DNA from: Anthoceros angustus
Lineage: Eukaryota > Plantae > Anthocerotophyta
DNA: 64,000 nt
NCBI GenBank assembly: GCA_010909165.1
Contig: MU008174.1
Span: 62,001 to 126,000, forward strand
Reading direction: 5' to 3'
A model generated the notes under the pieces. The model saw only the letters and a list, made by a program, of their open reading frames with translations. It had not been told where the DNA came from and made no database searches. The position numbers and the translations under genes were made by a program. Positions 48,321-62,988 of the stretch are shown in pieces (within the stretch, counting starts at the first letter, position 1; every line of letters begins with the position of its first letter).

Positions 48321-51305
48321 GGCAGGTTCCATTAAAGATGCACTTTCATGCCTGACATGTTGGGTTGTGGGCACACGATAGGTTGTGCTTCCCAAAAGCT
48401 GCACATATGTATACACATCATGTAAGATTTATATTGTACAAGGTTCTTGGATATGGTTCATGGATTGAATCGTGCGACGTTTAGTTAAGCATTTATGTTG
48501 TATAATAGTACAAACAATGACCGTATATTGTGAAATCAATTATTGACTTGAGGAAAGATGTTGTATCTCTTGATCTTACACAAGAGAGTACTACATTGAT
48601 ATCGTCCTAGGGTGAGCCGCACTTTAGATCAAGTTGGGAGGATGAGACTCTCTTGATCAGTTCTTGCACACAAGACACCCTAATAACTAAATCGTAATCA
48701 TAATCCCGACATCCTAGCATATCTCAGTGTTTTATTAACATTGCAAAATATAAAATACTATGTACTATAACGTTTTACTATTGTACTAATACAAATCAGA
48801 CTTGTGGCATGCTAGATGAGAAGTGTACCGCATCTCACTCTTGAGTCTTGGGTGGATGACACTTGCACACCATGATAAGAGTTGTGAGGAGAAAAGAGAC
48901 TCCACATAAAAGGTCACTTTTTGTCTAAAACATAAGGCTTAAGCTTCATGGGGTGATCCGTTTGACTTTTGAAACCACAAAGGAAAAAGGTGCTAACGGT
49001 GCATCCAAGATGCAAGCGAAAGCCAAAGGCCGGCACAAAAAAGCAACAGGCAAAGGGACATGGGTTCATGTGATTGGCGGGCGCGAGGAGCATAAGCAAA
49101 TGCACAACACATACAAGGGGTATGGCTCGGACGTGCGAGCAGGAATCAAATATCTGTGCAGTGTTTGCACCCACCAACCATGTCGACAAAGGCTGCTACA
49201 TACTCCTCATATTCCCCCCACATTGAAAAATCCCACGAATCAAGGGAAGTGGAACTGCCATTTCCTGAATCCTACTGCCTGCTGAATCCTGAATCCTGAA
49301 TCCTGTGATGATGATGGCCGCATGCCGCATGCCGCTGCAGCTTCCCCTGCCTCCTCTGCTCTGCTCCACCCTGGCGACCCTGCCTGGTGCTGGTGGCTGT
49401 CGAGGTTGGTGGCTGGATTGCATTACTACCCACTTCCTGTTGCCGGCCATTTAGTATCGCCCAACTCCAATCGCCCATAACCCATGTGGTAATCCGGGGG
49501 CGGATCCGGGGCGGGGCCTCGAGCCCGTTGCAGTGACGGCGGACCGTGTGGGGAAGCGAGCCATGGCTTGTATAATAAGCTGGTTCCTGGCTGCTGCTGG
49601 GCCCTGGAGGCTTTGTTCCAGGACCATGTATGTGCGTGGGTTTTTGTGTTTTTGTGCCTATTTACGGAAAGATAAAAACTGGGGGCTGGGCGCTGGGCTA
49701 GGCTGGGATTGTCGTCAACCAGCGTCACGAGAGCGGCGTCCGAGAGATGGACCAGGTCACGGGGGATCCGAGGGCGCAGGAATGCGGTACCTGGATGATA
49801 AGGATCGAGCGTCCCAGCAACGAGCGATTCCGAAGCAGGCTACGCGCGCCTCGGTTGTGGGCTGTGGGTTCAAGCCGAGCGCGCGCGCGGGCAGCCCAAT
49901 CGGGGCGCGCCGTGTGCCGCCATGGCTCGCCGAGACCGGATTGGTAGAAAAGTGTGGAAGGAAGAAGCGTACATGCCAGTACAGGGCAGGTAGAGAGGTG
50001 GGGAGGCCTGGGCCGGGCTGGCCGGGGTAGTCTAGAGAGAGAGTCAGGGTAGAGAGAGAAGGAAGGTTGAGAGAGAATAAGAGAGTAGAGAGGTAATAAG
50101 AGAGTAGAGAGAAGAGGAGGTAGAGAGAGATGGCGGATGGAGGAAGGGGAGGGGGAGAGGAGGGCGAAGGAAGTGAAGTGAAGTGAAGGCGATGGAAAGA
50201 GTAGAAGTCTCTGCAAGACAAGGCTGGCTGGCTGGCTGGCTGGCTGCGAGAGAGCTGTGCCTGGAACGCAACGCCGAGAGCCCGCGCTTCTGCCGTCCCG
50301 ACTCCCGTCGCCATTGTGCTTTGAAGAAGTGGGTGTTCGTGCAGCCCTGATCGCAACGCTCGCCTGCGCGCGCATTTAATTGCTGCTGCTCGGAGCGTGA
50401 GAGAGACGAATTGTTGCAGGCCAGGACGTGCCTAGAGCTGCTTTTGATTAAGCGCTTGGTGGGCAGTAGCGGCTGAGAAGGAAAGCCTGGTGGGCAGTGA
50501 CAGCGGGGAGGGGAAGCCCGGTGGGCAGTAGCAGCAGAGAAGGGAGGAAGGGAGGAAGAGAGGAAGAGAGGAGAGAGCCCGCTTTGAATGCCTTGCATGC
50601 GAGCGAGAGCTCTGCAGGCGCGGGAGGAGCAGGAGCGGTTAATGCGAGGGGTTTGGAGCGTGAAGAGCTGACAGGGAGGGGACAGGAGGGGAAGTGGGTG
50701 GTGCTGGATGAGGCGGGGGAGAGGTTGGAGTTCATGTCGGGGGCAGCGGAGGGGGAGCCATTGCTGCTGCTGGAGCGGAGCGTGAAGGAGGAGCCTGAGG
50801 CGGAGGATTGTACAGGTGCAGGGGGCCCGGCACGGCAAAGGGAGGCACCATGCTGGTAGTTGCGAGCAGAGGGTGTCAGGGGGAGTCGCAATCGCAATCG
50901 CAATCTGGGCAGAGCGGGCTGCACGCGCTGCTGCTGTGGGGGTGCAGCAGAGGGAGGGGCGCGCCCGCGGCCCGGGCTCTTCCTTCCCCCCACCGCCATG
51001 AATGTTAGGATGCCAGGACAGCCCGAGGTAGGAGCTTAAGAGGCAGCCATGGAGGGCCTTCCTTCCATCGCCTTCTCCTCCTGCTCTCGATCTCTCGCTC
51101 TCTGTGCCAGCTCGCCCTCTGCCTGCCAGCAGCAGCAGCTGCTGCTGCAATTCTGAGCTCACTCGGTGGGCTGCTGCCATCGCTGGCCCTTTCCGGTTGT
51201 TGTCTGTCATCTGCTGCTCTCGTCCTGCTACCGCCCACCATCCTGCTGCTGGTGCTGGTCGACCTTTGTGGGTGCTCTTGTGGGAATCGGATTCGGCTCG
51301 TGACC

Positions 51306-53689
51306 ATGAATGGCATTCTGCTGGCTCTCTTGCAATTTGTGGGCACCCTGCTGGCCCTCTTCTATGCGCCCTCCATCCTCATCCGCCTGAAGTGGACCTG
51401 GACCCTGTTCGCGCGGCGCTCCCGCCCAATTCCTGGCACCAAGTGGTACCACTGGCTTCCCATTGTTGGCGATGGACTCCAATTCCTCCGTGACCCTGAG
51501 ACGTTCTGGGACGTGCAGCGTGCTCGGTAACCTGTCCTGCCATGCCATGCTCGGATTGCCGCATCCTGTCCCTTCTCGCCCGTTTCCGCCTGCCTGGAAT
51601 TCCATTCCGTGCCTTAGCTTGATCATGGCATCGGGTTGTGGGCCTGCTTGCTTCCTCAGCTGCCCGGCGTGGTGAGCAGGGATTGCCTCATCAGATTTTG
51701 TTCACACCCTGCTTGAACTGCCTCTTCCTGTTGCTGTGCAGGTACGGGAGAACTTTCCTCACCAACCTGTTTGGGAGGCCCATCATCATGACCTCTGCGC
51801 CGGATGTGGTGAAATTCGTGCTTCAGACGCACTACCATCTCTTCTCTCCCAGCTATCCCATGTCCATGGACATGATTCTCAACGGGACGGCCCCTTGGGA
51901 GGGAGAATTCCATCTGCGCATGAGGAAGGTCCTGCAGGCGCCGCTGCTCAACGAGTCGCTCAAGGCCAACATGGACAGCTTCGACTCCCTCGCTCGCTGG
52001 ACCATCAACGCCTGGAAGGAGACATCCGGCGCAATCAACGTTCACGAGGAGGCGAGGAAGGTGATGGCCGATTCTCATCTCATCTCATCCCTTCTTGCTG
52101 TAGACTCTCACAGATGAGCATTTCTCACACGCCCAGCTGCAAATTCCTTGGACTTGATTGCAGTATAGCCTCCATGTTGCACTAGCCGCCACCTGCAGCG
52201 TGCAACCCAACGACACCACCATGACCCTCCTGGACAAGTACACCGTCATCGGCCAGGGCCTCACAAGCCTGCCCTTGAACATCCCCGGCTTCGCATTCCA
52301 CAAGGCTATGCAGGTGAGTACTATCTACCACCACCCACTTCCATCTCACACCCATTCTGCTTCGCTTCTGCTCACCCGCCCGCCCCGTCCCGATGTGCAG
52401 GCCAAGACGGAGATCGTGGCCGAAATGCAGAGAATCGTGGACATGCGCAGGCTGAAAAGAAGAGTTTCCGGCGTCAGATTCAACGACATCTTGGACTCCT
52501 TTCTGACAGAGAACAGTCGAGAGCGCGGACAACATTTCTCCGACACCGAGATGCGAATCAGCTTGTTCATTGTCCTGATTGCCGGCCACGAATCCACTGC
52601 CACCCTGCTTGCCTGGGTCGTGAAATTCCTGACCGAGAACCAGGACATTCTGAAGCAAGTCAAGGTGTTTTTCTTTCTGTGACCCACCCAACAAAACATG
52701 CTTTTCTTTCCACTTCAACAGCATACTAAAATGTGCAGTCTGCTTCTTCTGTTTTACTACTACAGTGTAGCTCTTATCTCATTCATCTACTGTTTAAAGA
52801 GCTTGACAGTGTGAAATCTCTGTATCCCTTTCCCTTTGGACTCCAGGAGGAGCAGGATGCTGTCAGAGCCAGCAAGGGCTCGGCAGAGGAACCTCTCACA
52901 TGGGCAGACACCAAGCGGATGCCGCTGTCATGTCGGGTAATCACATTCTCACATCCCACCGTTCACCTACTTCACAGAACACCTTCCTTCTCCTTTCAGC
53001 ATCTCATTCTTTTTCTCTAACTCCATCCTTCCTTCCTGCTGCAATGAACACAGGTGATCCAGGAAAGCCTCCGTCTCGGCAACCCAGTGCCTCTAACCCC
53101 CAGGATCGCCCTCCACGACATCGAGTACAACGGTAAGCAAATCTACACCTGCATGCATGAACAACCGTAGTTCCCCACACCATGCAACCTCACTAATCTG
53201 TGAACATCGTGCAGGAACCGTGTACCCCAAAAACTGGCAGATCTTCTGCAACTACAGAAACGTGCACATGGATCCCGAGCTGTACCCTAACCCCACCAAG
53301 TTCGACCCGGATCGCTTCCTCCAGCCTCCCAAGCCCTTCACCTTCATGCCGTTCGGGGGAGGCTCTCGCTACTGTCTGGGCAGCGAGCTGGTGAAAGTGG
53401 AAGTCCTCATCTTCCTCCACTACATGGTCACCACTTACAGGTAAAACCCAAAATTCCTACAGTCTCGCTCTCGGTCATCGCACAGGCCATGTCGATCTCA
53501 GTCATCAGATTCTGATTTGTGTCTCTTCCTGCCCGCAGCTGGGAGCGGTATGGCCCGGACCGCGGTGTGCAATTTTGGCCATCGCCTCGTCCCAAAGGAG
53601 GGTACCCTATTCTTGTGCGCCGTTATGCCGGCATCTCCTGCGAGCCGCCGACTCACACTGCAGCCGGCGAGGCTCTGCAGTATCCTTGA
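51306..53689 (+). CDS. Cytochrome P450, CYP85 clan (CYP707-like); exons 51306-51526, 51742-52060, 52164-52313, 52401-52664, 52847-52936, 53054-53132, 53215-53440, 53539-53689
   Basis: N-terminal membrane anchor, LPIVGD, RYGRTFLTNLFGRP, I-helix AGHEST, K-helix ESLR, PDRF and heme motif FGGGSRYCLG. Introns join in frame and the multi-intron layout fits the CYP85 clan. Confidence 0.93.
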
Positions 53690-54689
53690 TCGAGCTGCTG
53701 CCTCGGATCCGGCGCCTTCTAACCACCACTGACTGCAGATTAACGTAGGAGTGGGTGAACAAACCGAGCCGATCCACGTTCCCACTTTTTTCCGACCCAA
53801 CATCACCCTAGAGACATAATTTTTGATGTTTAGCAAGCTAACGCTGGCCCAAGCAACTTTGAGTGTAAAGCTCTCACCGTTGAAGATTTTGCAGCTGGTT
53901 ATCTATCTGTTTGGAGTTCAAGACTATAAGAATTAGTAAGATGGTTTCATATTTTTTATATACTAGTTATAATGAATATCTATGAGGTTGATCCAGCATG
54001 CATATATATCTTGAAAATAAGTTGATATCATCCAATATGTAAGAAAGGTTAGGATATATGGTGATGATCAAGTATACAAGTTGAGTAGCTTTATGATAAA
54101 TATGTGAGGGTGGTTACTAGGAAGCTATATTCTTGCCGAGCATCAAAAGCATGATCATCAAGATTTAGATGATGAACATGTATCTTATACTTTATATCTG
54201 AAGATCCCATTGCATCGGGAATATAAATAAAGAAGGCTAATTTTTATTTCTTTGTAAAGTTGTCACTTTAAAGGTTTATATCTTAGGTCTTACATGAAGA
54301 GCTTGAATGAATACCTTGAGGTCTTTGAAAGGATATCTTTTGGTGCAAGTAGTCTAGACAAAGCCACCATAATATATATTTTTTAATTTTTTTAGATGAG
54401 GAGCTTCAAATGATATCTTTTAGTGCAAATAGTTTAGAAAAGCTCCATATTTGACTCCTTCCATAGAGAAGCTTAAAGGGTACCTTTTGATGCCTAGTCT
54501 AGACATATCATGATACAAAGTAGTAAGGATACCCTTTGATGCCTTATCTACACATATCACCATGCAAAGTAGAAAAGTTGGCCTTTGATGCAATAGCCTT
54601 AACATCCAAGATATAAGTATATGTGGAATTTGAAAGAGTATCCTCTTGTGGAAGGCAAGAAGTAAATGGGGACCCTGAAAAAGTATGCT

Positions 54690-54850
54690 TTGATGCAAAC
54701 AGTCTAGATGTACCACGGTACAAGATTCAGGATACCTTTCAGCACAAGTAGTCTAGGCATACCATTCAATGCAAGTAGTGATGCAAATAGTCTAGATGTA
54801 CCACGGTACAAGATTCAGCATACCCTTCAGTACAAGTAGTCTAGGCATAT
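54690..54850. repeat. ~70-bp direct duplication, ~89-bp period
   Basis: TGATGCAAA.AGTCTAGATGTACCACGGTACAAGATTCAG.ATACC.TTCAG.ACAAGTAGTCTAGGCAT occurs twice. Confidence 0.85.
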
Positions 54851-55839
54851 CCTTGCATCCTACAATACTTCTCGCTTTAATATTCTATGGTGGTCTTGCA
54901 ATCTTTGATGTGGTGAGGAAATAATACTTAATTATAAATAAAATTGCATCTTTGATATGATGATCGATATACAACACAAAACACAAAATTTTAATAGTTA
55001 TTTTTGTGAGCAAAACCAACTTGTACATGAGACCTAGTGGGGTAAATGGAATTTCCCATCTCCTTTTTTAGATAAAGTCTCCACTTGTTCTTCATAAGAC
55101 CTAGTAACCATCTTGTCTCTTTACTGCCCTGTATATATTCTCATTGCAGTGCTTCGCACCAGTGGGAAGATGGGGTCACGAGTGCCTTCCGACGTCTGCT
55201 GCTACTGCCGAAGAGGCACCACGCAGTGCCGGGCGCCCCTACCGTGGAAGAAGAGGACTGATGCAAGCCATGGCGGCGTTAAGGCTTGCGGTGGAGTACT
55301 GCGGCGCCACCGCCAGTCAAAGGCGGTATTGGGCTGCGGGCCGAGACGTCACTGCCACGCCGTATGGTCGGGAAGAATGCGCGGGAGCCGAATCTGCAAA
55401 CCGAGGTGTCGACAATAATATGGTGCAAGAGGCGAGGATGACGATGGTGGAAGGCCAGGATGCCTAATCCATCCTAGCAAGAGGAAGGAACTTCGCACCG
55501 CCTTACATGTTCCTTTGTTCATAGGCTAGCGATACTTCACTTGGTTAGCGTTTGTGTTGTTCACAATGCACCAGTTTGAATGCACAGGCATAGTAGGAAT
55601 GTGGCTGGGTGATGTCCTTATATGTGTTTCGTCCAATTCCAGCCGGTGTGGTGATGGGCAGATTGTGCTTGAGCCCTTCGAGTTTTTTCACTCTTCACTG
55701 GGCCATCAGTTTGTGCCATTCGTGGGTGGAGGATGCTAGGTTGGCAGGCTGTGTTGGACCCAATTGTCATGCGCGAACGCAATTTCAAGGGCACTCGTTC
55801 ATTCTAAGCTGTCGTATACATTGAACCATTCAAGACATA

Positions 55840-57660
55840 GGGGGTCAAGACTCTGTGCCCTCACAAATGGAGCATTTCGTCACAAGGCGTATACCCATTG
55901 ATACAACATGGGATCCAAACTCAAAGTGTTTATCCCCGACTCGCACCGCATTTGTCCAAAAAAAGGTCTGGTCACATGGCCTCTGAACACTCACAACCAG
56001 GTGCCAGGCAAATTCACAGAGACCCCTCACATGATCCACACGACAAACACATTCAATCGTCACACGGTCTTCAACTTTTTCGCCTTCGCATGTTCGACCT
56101 TTGCCAACCACTCTATGTACTTCCTCTCATGTGGGTGGAGCCAGTACAGTTGTTCTGCGTTTTCATTTTGCTCTCCATTGGCCACATCAAAAACTTAGTC
56201 GCCAAGACTGTGTCCTCCTCAGAGGATCACAGGTGCTACAGCCGAGTCCAAGAAAGTGTACATACCAATGCTGTCGGGAACTTGCTCATAGTAGAAGGCT
56301 TTCACAATAATAGTGCCTCGCTCAAACTCCTCCCTCCCAATTAGTATCCTTGAAGGTCAAGTTCGTACAGTTCCATACATTTCAAGAGATAAAGTCCACT
56401 TCTCGTGGATTTCCTTGAGCCAACACCATGAAATTTGTACCTGTAGTCACGGTCATCGAACCATAGCCCATACCTTTAGGTCGTTGAGGCTCTTCATCAG
56501 GCTGGTTACGTCTGGCACGAGTGTTCCTCCCTCCACGCCTAGCCCCTCTCCGCTTCAATGGGCCTGCCCGACCACGATTGTTTCCTCCACGGTGGCCACT
56601 ACCACGTGAAGGGTGCGAACTTCCTGTACCTGCATTTGTGCTCTCATCCTGTTCTACAAGAGCAGCAACTAAACCTGGCAACCTGTCATCCACCTCTTGA
56701 GCATGCAGGGTGGCATCTTCATCCTTGTCGCTGCGGAGCTTCTGTGCATGCTCGATGTCATTGTCCACTTGATCGCCTCCACATTCGCCCCCAGCCTTTG
56801 AGAAGAGATCGTGGTTCCACGCGGGAGATCACAACCTGACCATCACCAACCTTTTCACTCTTGTCCACACCATCACCATCAAGCATAGCCACATGGTCAC
56901 CAAAGGACAGAGCTACACAATTAACAGGCTTCAAACCACCAGCAGGCTGAAAATCACCTGCAGCTATAACCTCTTGGGCACCAGAAATGACAACAACAGC
57001 ATGCTGACCGTCGCTATCTGCCAATTCAATCTCGTCACCCTCCTGAACAGCTCCATCGCGTTCTTCATCACTGGGTGCCAGAACTACCTGGTCACCAATG
57101 TGGACAGCACCATCGACCTGTACAACACTAGATCCTACAAGCATATCGCCAATACTTTTCCGAACACCATCTTCGTGGAGCAAAGTCTGACCAACAATGG
57201 CATCCACATCCTTCAGCACTCCCTCGCTAACAGCAATTTCCACAGTAGTGCTAGGTGCAGCCTGTAGGGGCACCTGAACAGAAGCCACTGTAGGGACTAA
57301 GGGCCACACCCCGTCCATGTTCCCTTCAAGCCCGCCCGTTCCCAAAACGTAGCCTTGAGCCTGTACAGCAAGGGCCACCACCTCTGAGTCCATCTTTGGA
57401 GGATTGGATTGGCTACCGGCTGTGGACACGACAATTGGCCCGGATTGCGATGCTGCAAGCTGGGCTTGTTCAGGCGTGGTAAGCACATATTCGTGCATGT
57501 CCCAGCATGAGCGCACCTCCGTATTAGCTTTTGCTGGTGGAGCCCTAGGCGGTGCTGGTGCTGGCGGCGGTGTTTTAAAGAGGCTACTCACAGCATGTAT
57601 GGAGAAGTTTGTGGACATGGGGGACAGCCTGCTCATGTTCCCTGGCACAAGCAGCACCAT
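55840..57660 (-). pseudogene. Decayed ~600-codon transposon-associated ORF, resembling LTR-retrotransposon extra ORFs
   Basis: Consecutive minus-strand frames 57660-56758 and 56768-56382, plus a stop-interrupted continuation containing WEEEFERGTIIVKAFYYEQ and FVVWIM*GVSVNLPGTWL. These recall the 'LVREFYAN' and 'I..G..IN' motifs of the putative plant transposon protein domain. Confidence 0.4.
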
Positions 57661-58760
57661 TCAAAAATGAGAAGAATGATACAAATATGGCCAGGAAATT
57701 CCCACACCCATTGGCAGATAGCAATGTGCAAGTGCGCCAAACCTGATTATTCTAAGTACTTCTTGCTCTGAGGTGTTGCCAGCCAGTTGTTTGAGCTTAT
57801 CGGAGCGCCACCTTCTGCCCATGTGTGATCACTACTAGGAAAACGGGTCTTTTACTAGAGGCTATTTTTTAGAGCGAGGAGAGATTTCATGCTAGTTTCA
57901 TTTTACAACGGGTGTTCATGGTTCAAGTATTATTTTCACGTATAGCCATTCGCTTTACTACGAGGTTACGGTGATTTACTATGGGGGATTTAGCCACGGG
58001 TTTTCATATATGGCGTGGCATAACGAAGCGATTTTACAACGAGGGCTCTTCCGGGTTACAACACAAACCGATTTTAGCTAGGACTTTTCAAAATTAGATG
58101 TTCGATTTTCGACTCATTGGCAAGTGTGGTTTACAACGATTAGGGTTTACAACGGATCATAGTCTGGTTACAACGGTGCGTGGTTTACAATGGGACGTTA
58201 GGTTTTACAATGGGGGCGTTTACAACACAGGCATACAAACCTTACAACAACAAGCCGGTTACTAAGGAGGACAGTAGTTTACAACGAGGGTCAAGGGTAT
58301 TGGCACGATTTATTGGAATGAGAGATGATGACTTTATTAGGAGACATTACACTCTGGCTCCTCGTTTGCATCGGTCATCAAAAACCATTTCTCTAATGCC
58401 CATAACCAACAGGGCATTACATGGTTCTTTTAATCCCAACTCTATAGGCTGATGCGGATGCGTGAGGGTCCCCGTTTGCGACGCGCCGCCTCACCCTCTC
58501 CAATTACACGCTCAATTCCATTCTCCTCAATGCCCTGACCTTCTCCAATTACGCCACAAGAAGGTGGTAATCGTGGAAATCCTCCGAGTCCATCCACCGG
58601 CCTCCCTTCCGAACATCCGTCATGGGCAAACCTCTGCACCTCCTTATGCACGCGCTCTAGCTTGTCAAGGTGCTTATACACCAGCCGCATCAGACGCCAC
58701 AAGTACTTGTGAGAAAGGGAGTCGGGCTTGTCAATTAGGATTGACAATTCTTTCTGGTCG

Positions 58761-61700
58761 TCCTCGAAAATCGGAATACCATGTCCAGTGTTGAAAGCTA
58801 TAGCTTGGCCCTTCCCGTTCTTCACAACCGTACCTCAGCTGGAAGCCTGCTACAAACCAAGTGTTGACAAAGTGTTATCAAGCGAATTGCAGCAGCAAAA
58901 TCAAAAGGCCAAGAAAGCAGCGCACACAAACTTCAGTGGCAAACTAGACAAATGCCCACAACCTGTAGGAAATAGCTATGATCGCAAACCGCCTGAGGAA
59001 TCGGTCAGCAAGGCAAATCAGAAACCATTAGAGTGCCTTGGAGGTCAGGCCTCCTTATATTATCGACAAATGGATGGCCACGTGTGGGCGCATATCGAGT
59101 TCAAAATTCCGCATCTTTGAAGTGCCGGCGGAAGTCATGTTCAAAATGACAAGTCCCAAAACTCGACATCAACTCAAGTGGTCAATCGAATCCTTGACGA
59201 AATCTCGACAAAATGACAATGTGTCCTTGATGAAATCAAAATGACAATGTGTCCTTGATGAAATCCGGGTTTATAGGTTAACCGGGTTTTCCTTATGACG
59301 TGGCATAACGAAGCGATTTTACAACGAGGGCTCTTCCGGGTTACAACACGGGCATACAAACCTTATAACCATGGTTTAAGAAGATCAACCAAGGACACAT
59401 CGATGCGAGTCCTTGTCGGATACAACCCATTGGTTTACAAGTGTATTTTGTTCAAACCCGTTAATCAGAACTGAGCTCAAACCCAAGGACACTTTCATTC
59501 AAAGTAATATGTCCTTGGGTTTTGGGGTCGGTCTCGAAACCTGGTTTACCATATCGTGGTTTACCGAAACCCAAGGAAGTAATTGGCTATAAATGGTTGG
59601 AAATGCGGTAATTACGTCTACCCAGAGGCCGTGTTCACATTACAAGAGCACCATGCAAGCGATTTGGACTTCAATACTAGCGGCAAAGTTGCGGCATAGA
59701 ACCTACCGTGTTCAAAAACAATGAGTGTCATGAAACCTCGCTCCAGCTTGAGTAAGCCGGTTTACGCTGGTGTTGCTGCATAACGACACATCGCCAGCCG
59801 TGGTTCATGCATGCAGCTTTGTCAAGGTGAGGGGTAGGGGTTGTTTTACCGTGTGTTCTTTGAGCTTTGTTCTGCTCATGCCTTCTGATTCAGAGCTCCT
59901 GTTCTTCACAACCAACAATGGGTTGCAGATGCCATTAGCCAGGAAGATTGCTTGTCGTGCCGAGAAGGACCCAGAGACACGGGCTACCGCAACGGTTTTG
60001 CGCGGGGATGCATTGTCGAGGCTACAAAGGCGAGGATGGTGCATTGGACCCAACGCTGGTTGTAAAGAACAGGAACTTGGCTACGGCTGCAACCATTTTA
60101 GGGCCGGCCCCCGAACACCTGAAAGGCAAGTGGACGACGGTGAAGAAATCTAGGACGCAAGCACACGGCGAGGCAGCAGACCCAGAGCCGTGCAGTCTTC
60201 AACATACTCGGCATGGGAAGGATGGACGGGGTCGGGCAAAGCGCGGTGGCCGGGCAAGGTGCAACAAAAGGACGGTCAACAATACGGAACTTGGAGACTG
60301 TGGCATGGATGGGCTTGGGAGGGCAGCTCGAGGTGGGACAGACGGTCCAAGCGCATCAAGGGTGAGCCTGGCATGGTGTCTGCAGCACCACAAACCCGCT
60401 CAAAAATCGAGGCAGGCAGAGAGGGTTTTGATGATGAGGTGAAGGGCAACAAAAGGACGGTCCAAGCGCATCAAGGTGAGCCTGGCATGGTGTCTGCAGC
60501 ACCACAAACCCAAGGACACATCGATGCGATTGATGATGAAAACAAGATGTAAGGTGGTGGGCGACATCTCATAGCAACCCAAGATGGCTTTGGGGCGTCG
60601 ATGCGTGGGCATTAGAAGACGCCCATTCGCTTGATAATATGGACCATCCCTTTGGGATGTCAAAATGATAAGGCACACATGCCGGAATGGGTCTATGCCA
60701 TGCAGGGACTGCCGGAATCTCCAAAGGCGATTGCTGATGAACACATTGCAAGTCCTGAGTTTTGCAGGCCTACAGACAAAAAAGCACACTCAGCCACAGA
60801 AGGGAACAAGGAGGCAGGTTGGGAAGAGGTCGCTGAAGACAGGAGATCCGCCGTCCAGTTTTGCGATGATCAGTTGGAGTTACAAATGTGTCCGCATGCT
60901 AGCAAGGGCGGGACATGCACTCCCTCGAAAATCGGAATACCATGTCCGGTGTTGAAAGCCATAGCTTGGCCCTTCCCGTTCTTCACAACCGCATTCTCAC
61001 CGGAAGCTGCTACAAACCAAGTGTTGACAAAGTGTTATCACCAGAAGAAAATCAAAGGCCAAGAAAGCAGCAGACAAACTTCAATGGCAAACTAGACAAA
61101 ATGCCCACAATTGAGGAAATAGCTATGATCGCAAACCGCCTGAGGAATCGGTCAGCAAGGCAAATCAGAAACCATTAGAGTGCCTTGGAGGCTGTGCCTC
61201 CTTATATTGCCAACTGGGACAAATGGATGGCCGCCACGTGTGGGGCGCATATCGAGTCCAAATTGCCGCATGCTGAAGTGCACCGGCCGGAAGTCATGTT
61301 CCGAAAATGACAAGTCCCGAAACTCGACATCAACTCAAGTGGTCAATCGGAATCCTTGATGAAATCTCTGACAAAATGACAATGTGTCCTTGATGAAATC
61401 TCGACAAAATGACAATGTGTCCTTGATGAAATCCGGGTTTCAAAAGTGTCCTTGATGAAATCCGGGTTTCAAAAGTGTCCTTGATGAAATCCGGGTTTAT
61501 CAAAACCTTATAACCATGGTTTAATACCCAAGGACACATCGATGCGAGTCCTTGGGTTTTGATGATGAAAACAACCCATTGGTTTATAGGTTAACCGGTT
61601 TCAAACCCGTTAATCAGAACTGAGCTCAAACCCAAGGACACTTTCATTCAAAGTAATATGTCCTTGGGTTTTGGGGTCTCGGAAACCCTGGTTTACCATA

Positions 61701-62988
61701 TCGGGTTTACAAACCCAAGGAAGTAATTGGCTATAAATGGTTGGAAATGCGGTAATTACGCCTACCCAGGCCGTGTTCACATTACAAGAGCACCATGCAA
61801 GCGATTTGGACTTGAATACTAGCGGCAAAGTTGCGGCATAGAACCTACCGTGTTCAAAAACAATGAGTGTCATGAAACCTCGCTCCAGCTTGAGTAAGCC
61901 GGTTTACGCTGGTGTTAACGACACATCGCCAGCCGTGGTTCATGCATGCAGCTTTGTCAAGGTGAGGGGTAGGGGTTGTTTTACCGTGTGTTCTTTGAGC
62001 TTTGTTCATGCCTTCGATTCGTAGCTCCTGCTCTTCACAACCAACAATGGGTTGCGATGCCATTAGCCGTGAAGATTGCTTGTCGTGCCGAGAAGGACCC
62101 AGACACGGCGCCGCAACGTTGCCTTTGCGCGGGATGCATTGTCGAGGCTACAAAGGCGAGGATGGTGCATTGGACCCAACGCTGGTTGTAAAGAATGTGA
62201 ACTTGGCTACCGCAATGATTTTAGGGCCGGCCCCAACACCGAAAGGCAAGTGGACGACGGTGAAGAAATCTAGGACGCAAGCACACGGTGAGGCAGCAGA
62301 CCCAGAGCCGTGCAGTCTTCAACATACTCGGCATGGGAAGGATGGACGGGGTCGGGCAAAGCGTGGCAAGGTGCAACAAAAGGACGGTCAACAATACGGA
62401 ACTTGAGACTGTGGCATGGATGGGCTTGGGAGGGCAGCTCGAGGTGGGACAGACGGTCCAAGCGCATCAAGGGTGAGCTGGCATGGTGTCGGCACCACAA
62501 ACCCGCTCAAAAATCGAGGCAGGCAGAGAGGGTTTTGATGATGAGGTGAAGGGCAACAAGCGGAGCGGTAGAAAACGAAAGAGGATTTGGGACTTACGAG
62601 AGGTTTTGATGATGAAACAAGATGTAAGGTGGTGGGCGACATCTCATAGCAACCCAAGATGGCTTTGGGGCGTCGATGCGTGGGCATTAGAAGACGCCCA
62701 TTCGCTTGATAATATGGACCATCCCTTTGGGATGTCAAAATGATAAGGCACACATGCCGGATGGGTCTATGCCATGCGTGGACCGGAATCTCCAAAGGCG
62801 ATTGATGAACACATTGCAAGTCCGAGTTTTGCAGCCTACTGCATAAAAAGCACACTCACCACGAAGGGAACAAGGAGGCGGGTTGGGAAGAGGTCGAAGA
62901 CAGAGATCCGCCCGCTTTGCGATGATCGATTGGAGGTTACAAATGTGTCCGCATGCTAGCAAGGGCGGGACATGCACTCCCTCGAAAA
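58761..62988. repeat. Two tandem copies of a ~2.1-2.16-kb unit
   Basis: CCTCGAAAATCGGAATACCATGTCC occurs at 58761 and ~60923, with collinear similarity throughout. The copies differ by indels and by the number of internal TGTCCTTGATGAAATC subrepeats. Confidence 0.92.

Noticed and set aside
49725-51210. Long minus-strand ORFs of 388, 216 and 199 aa
   Set aside because: They are low-complexity translations of GC-rich and GA/CT-rich DNA upstream of the P450, with no recognisable domain.
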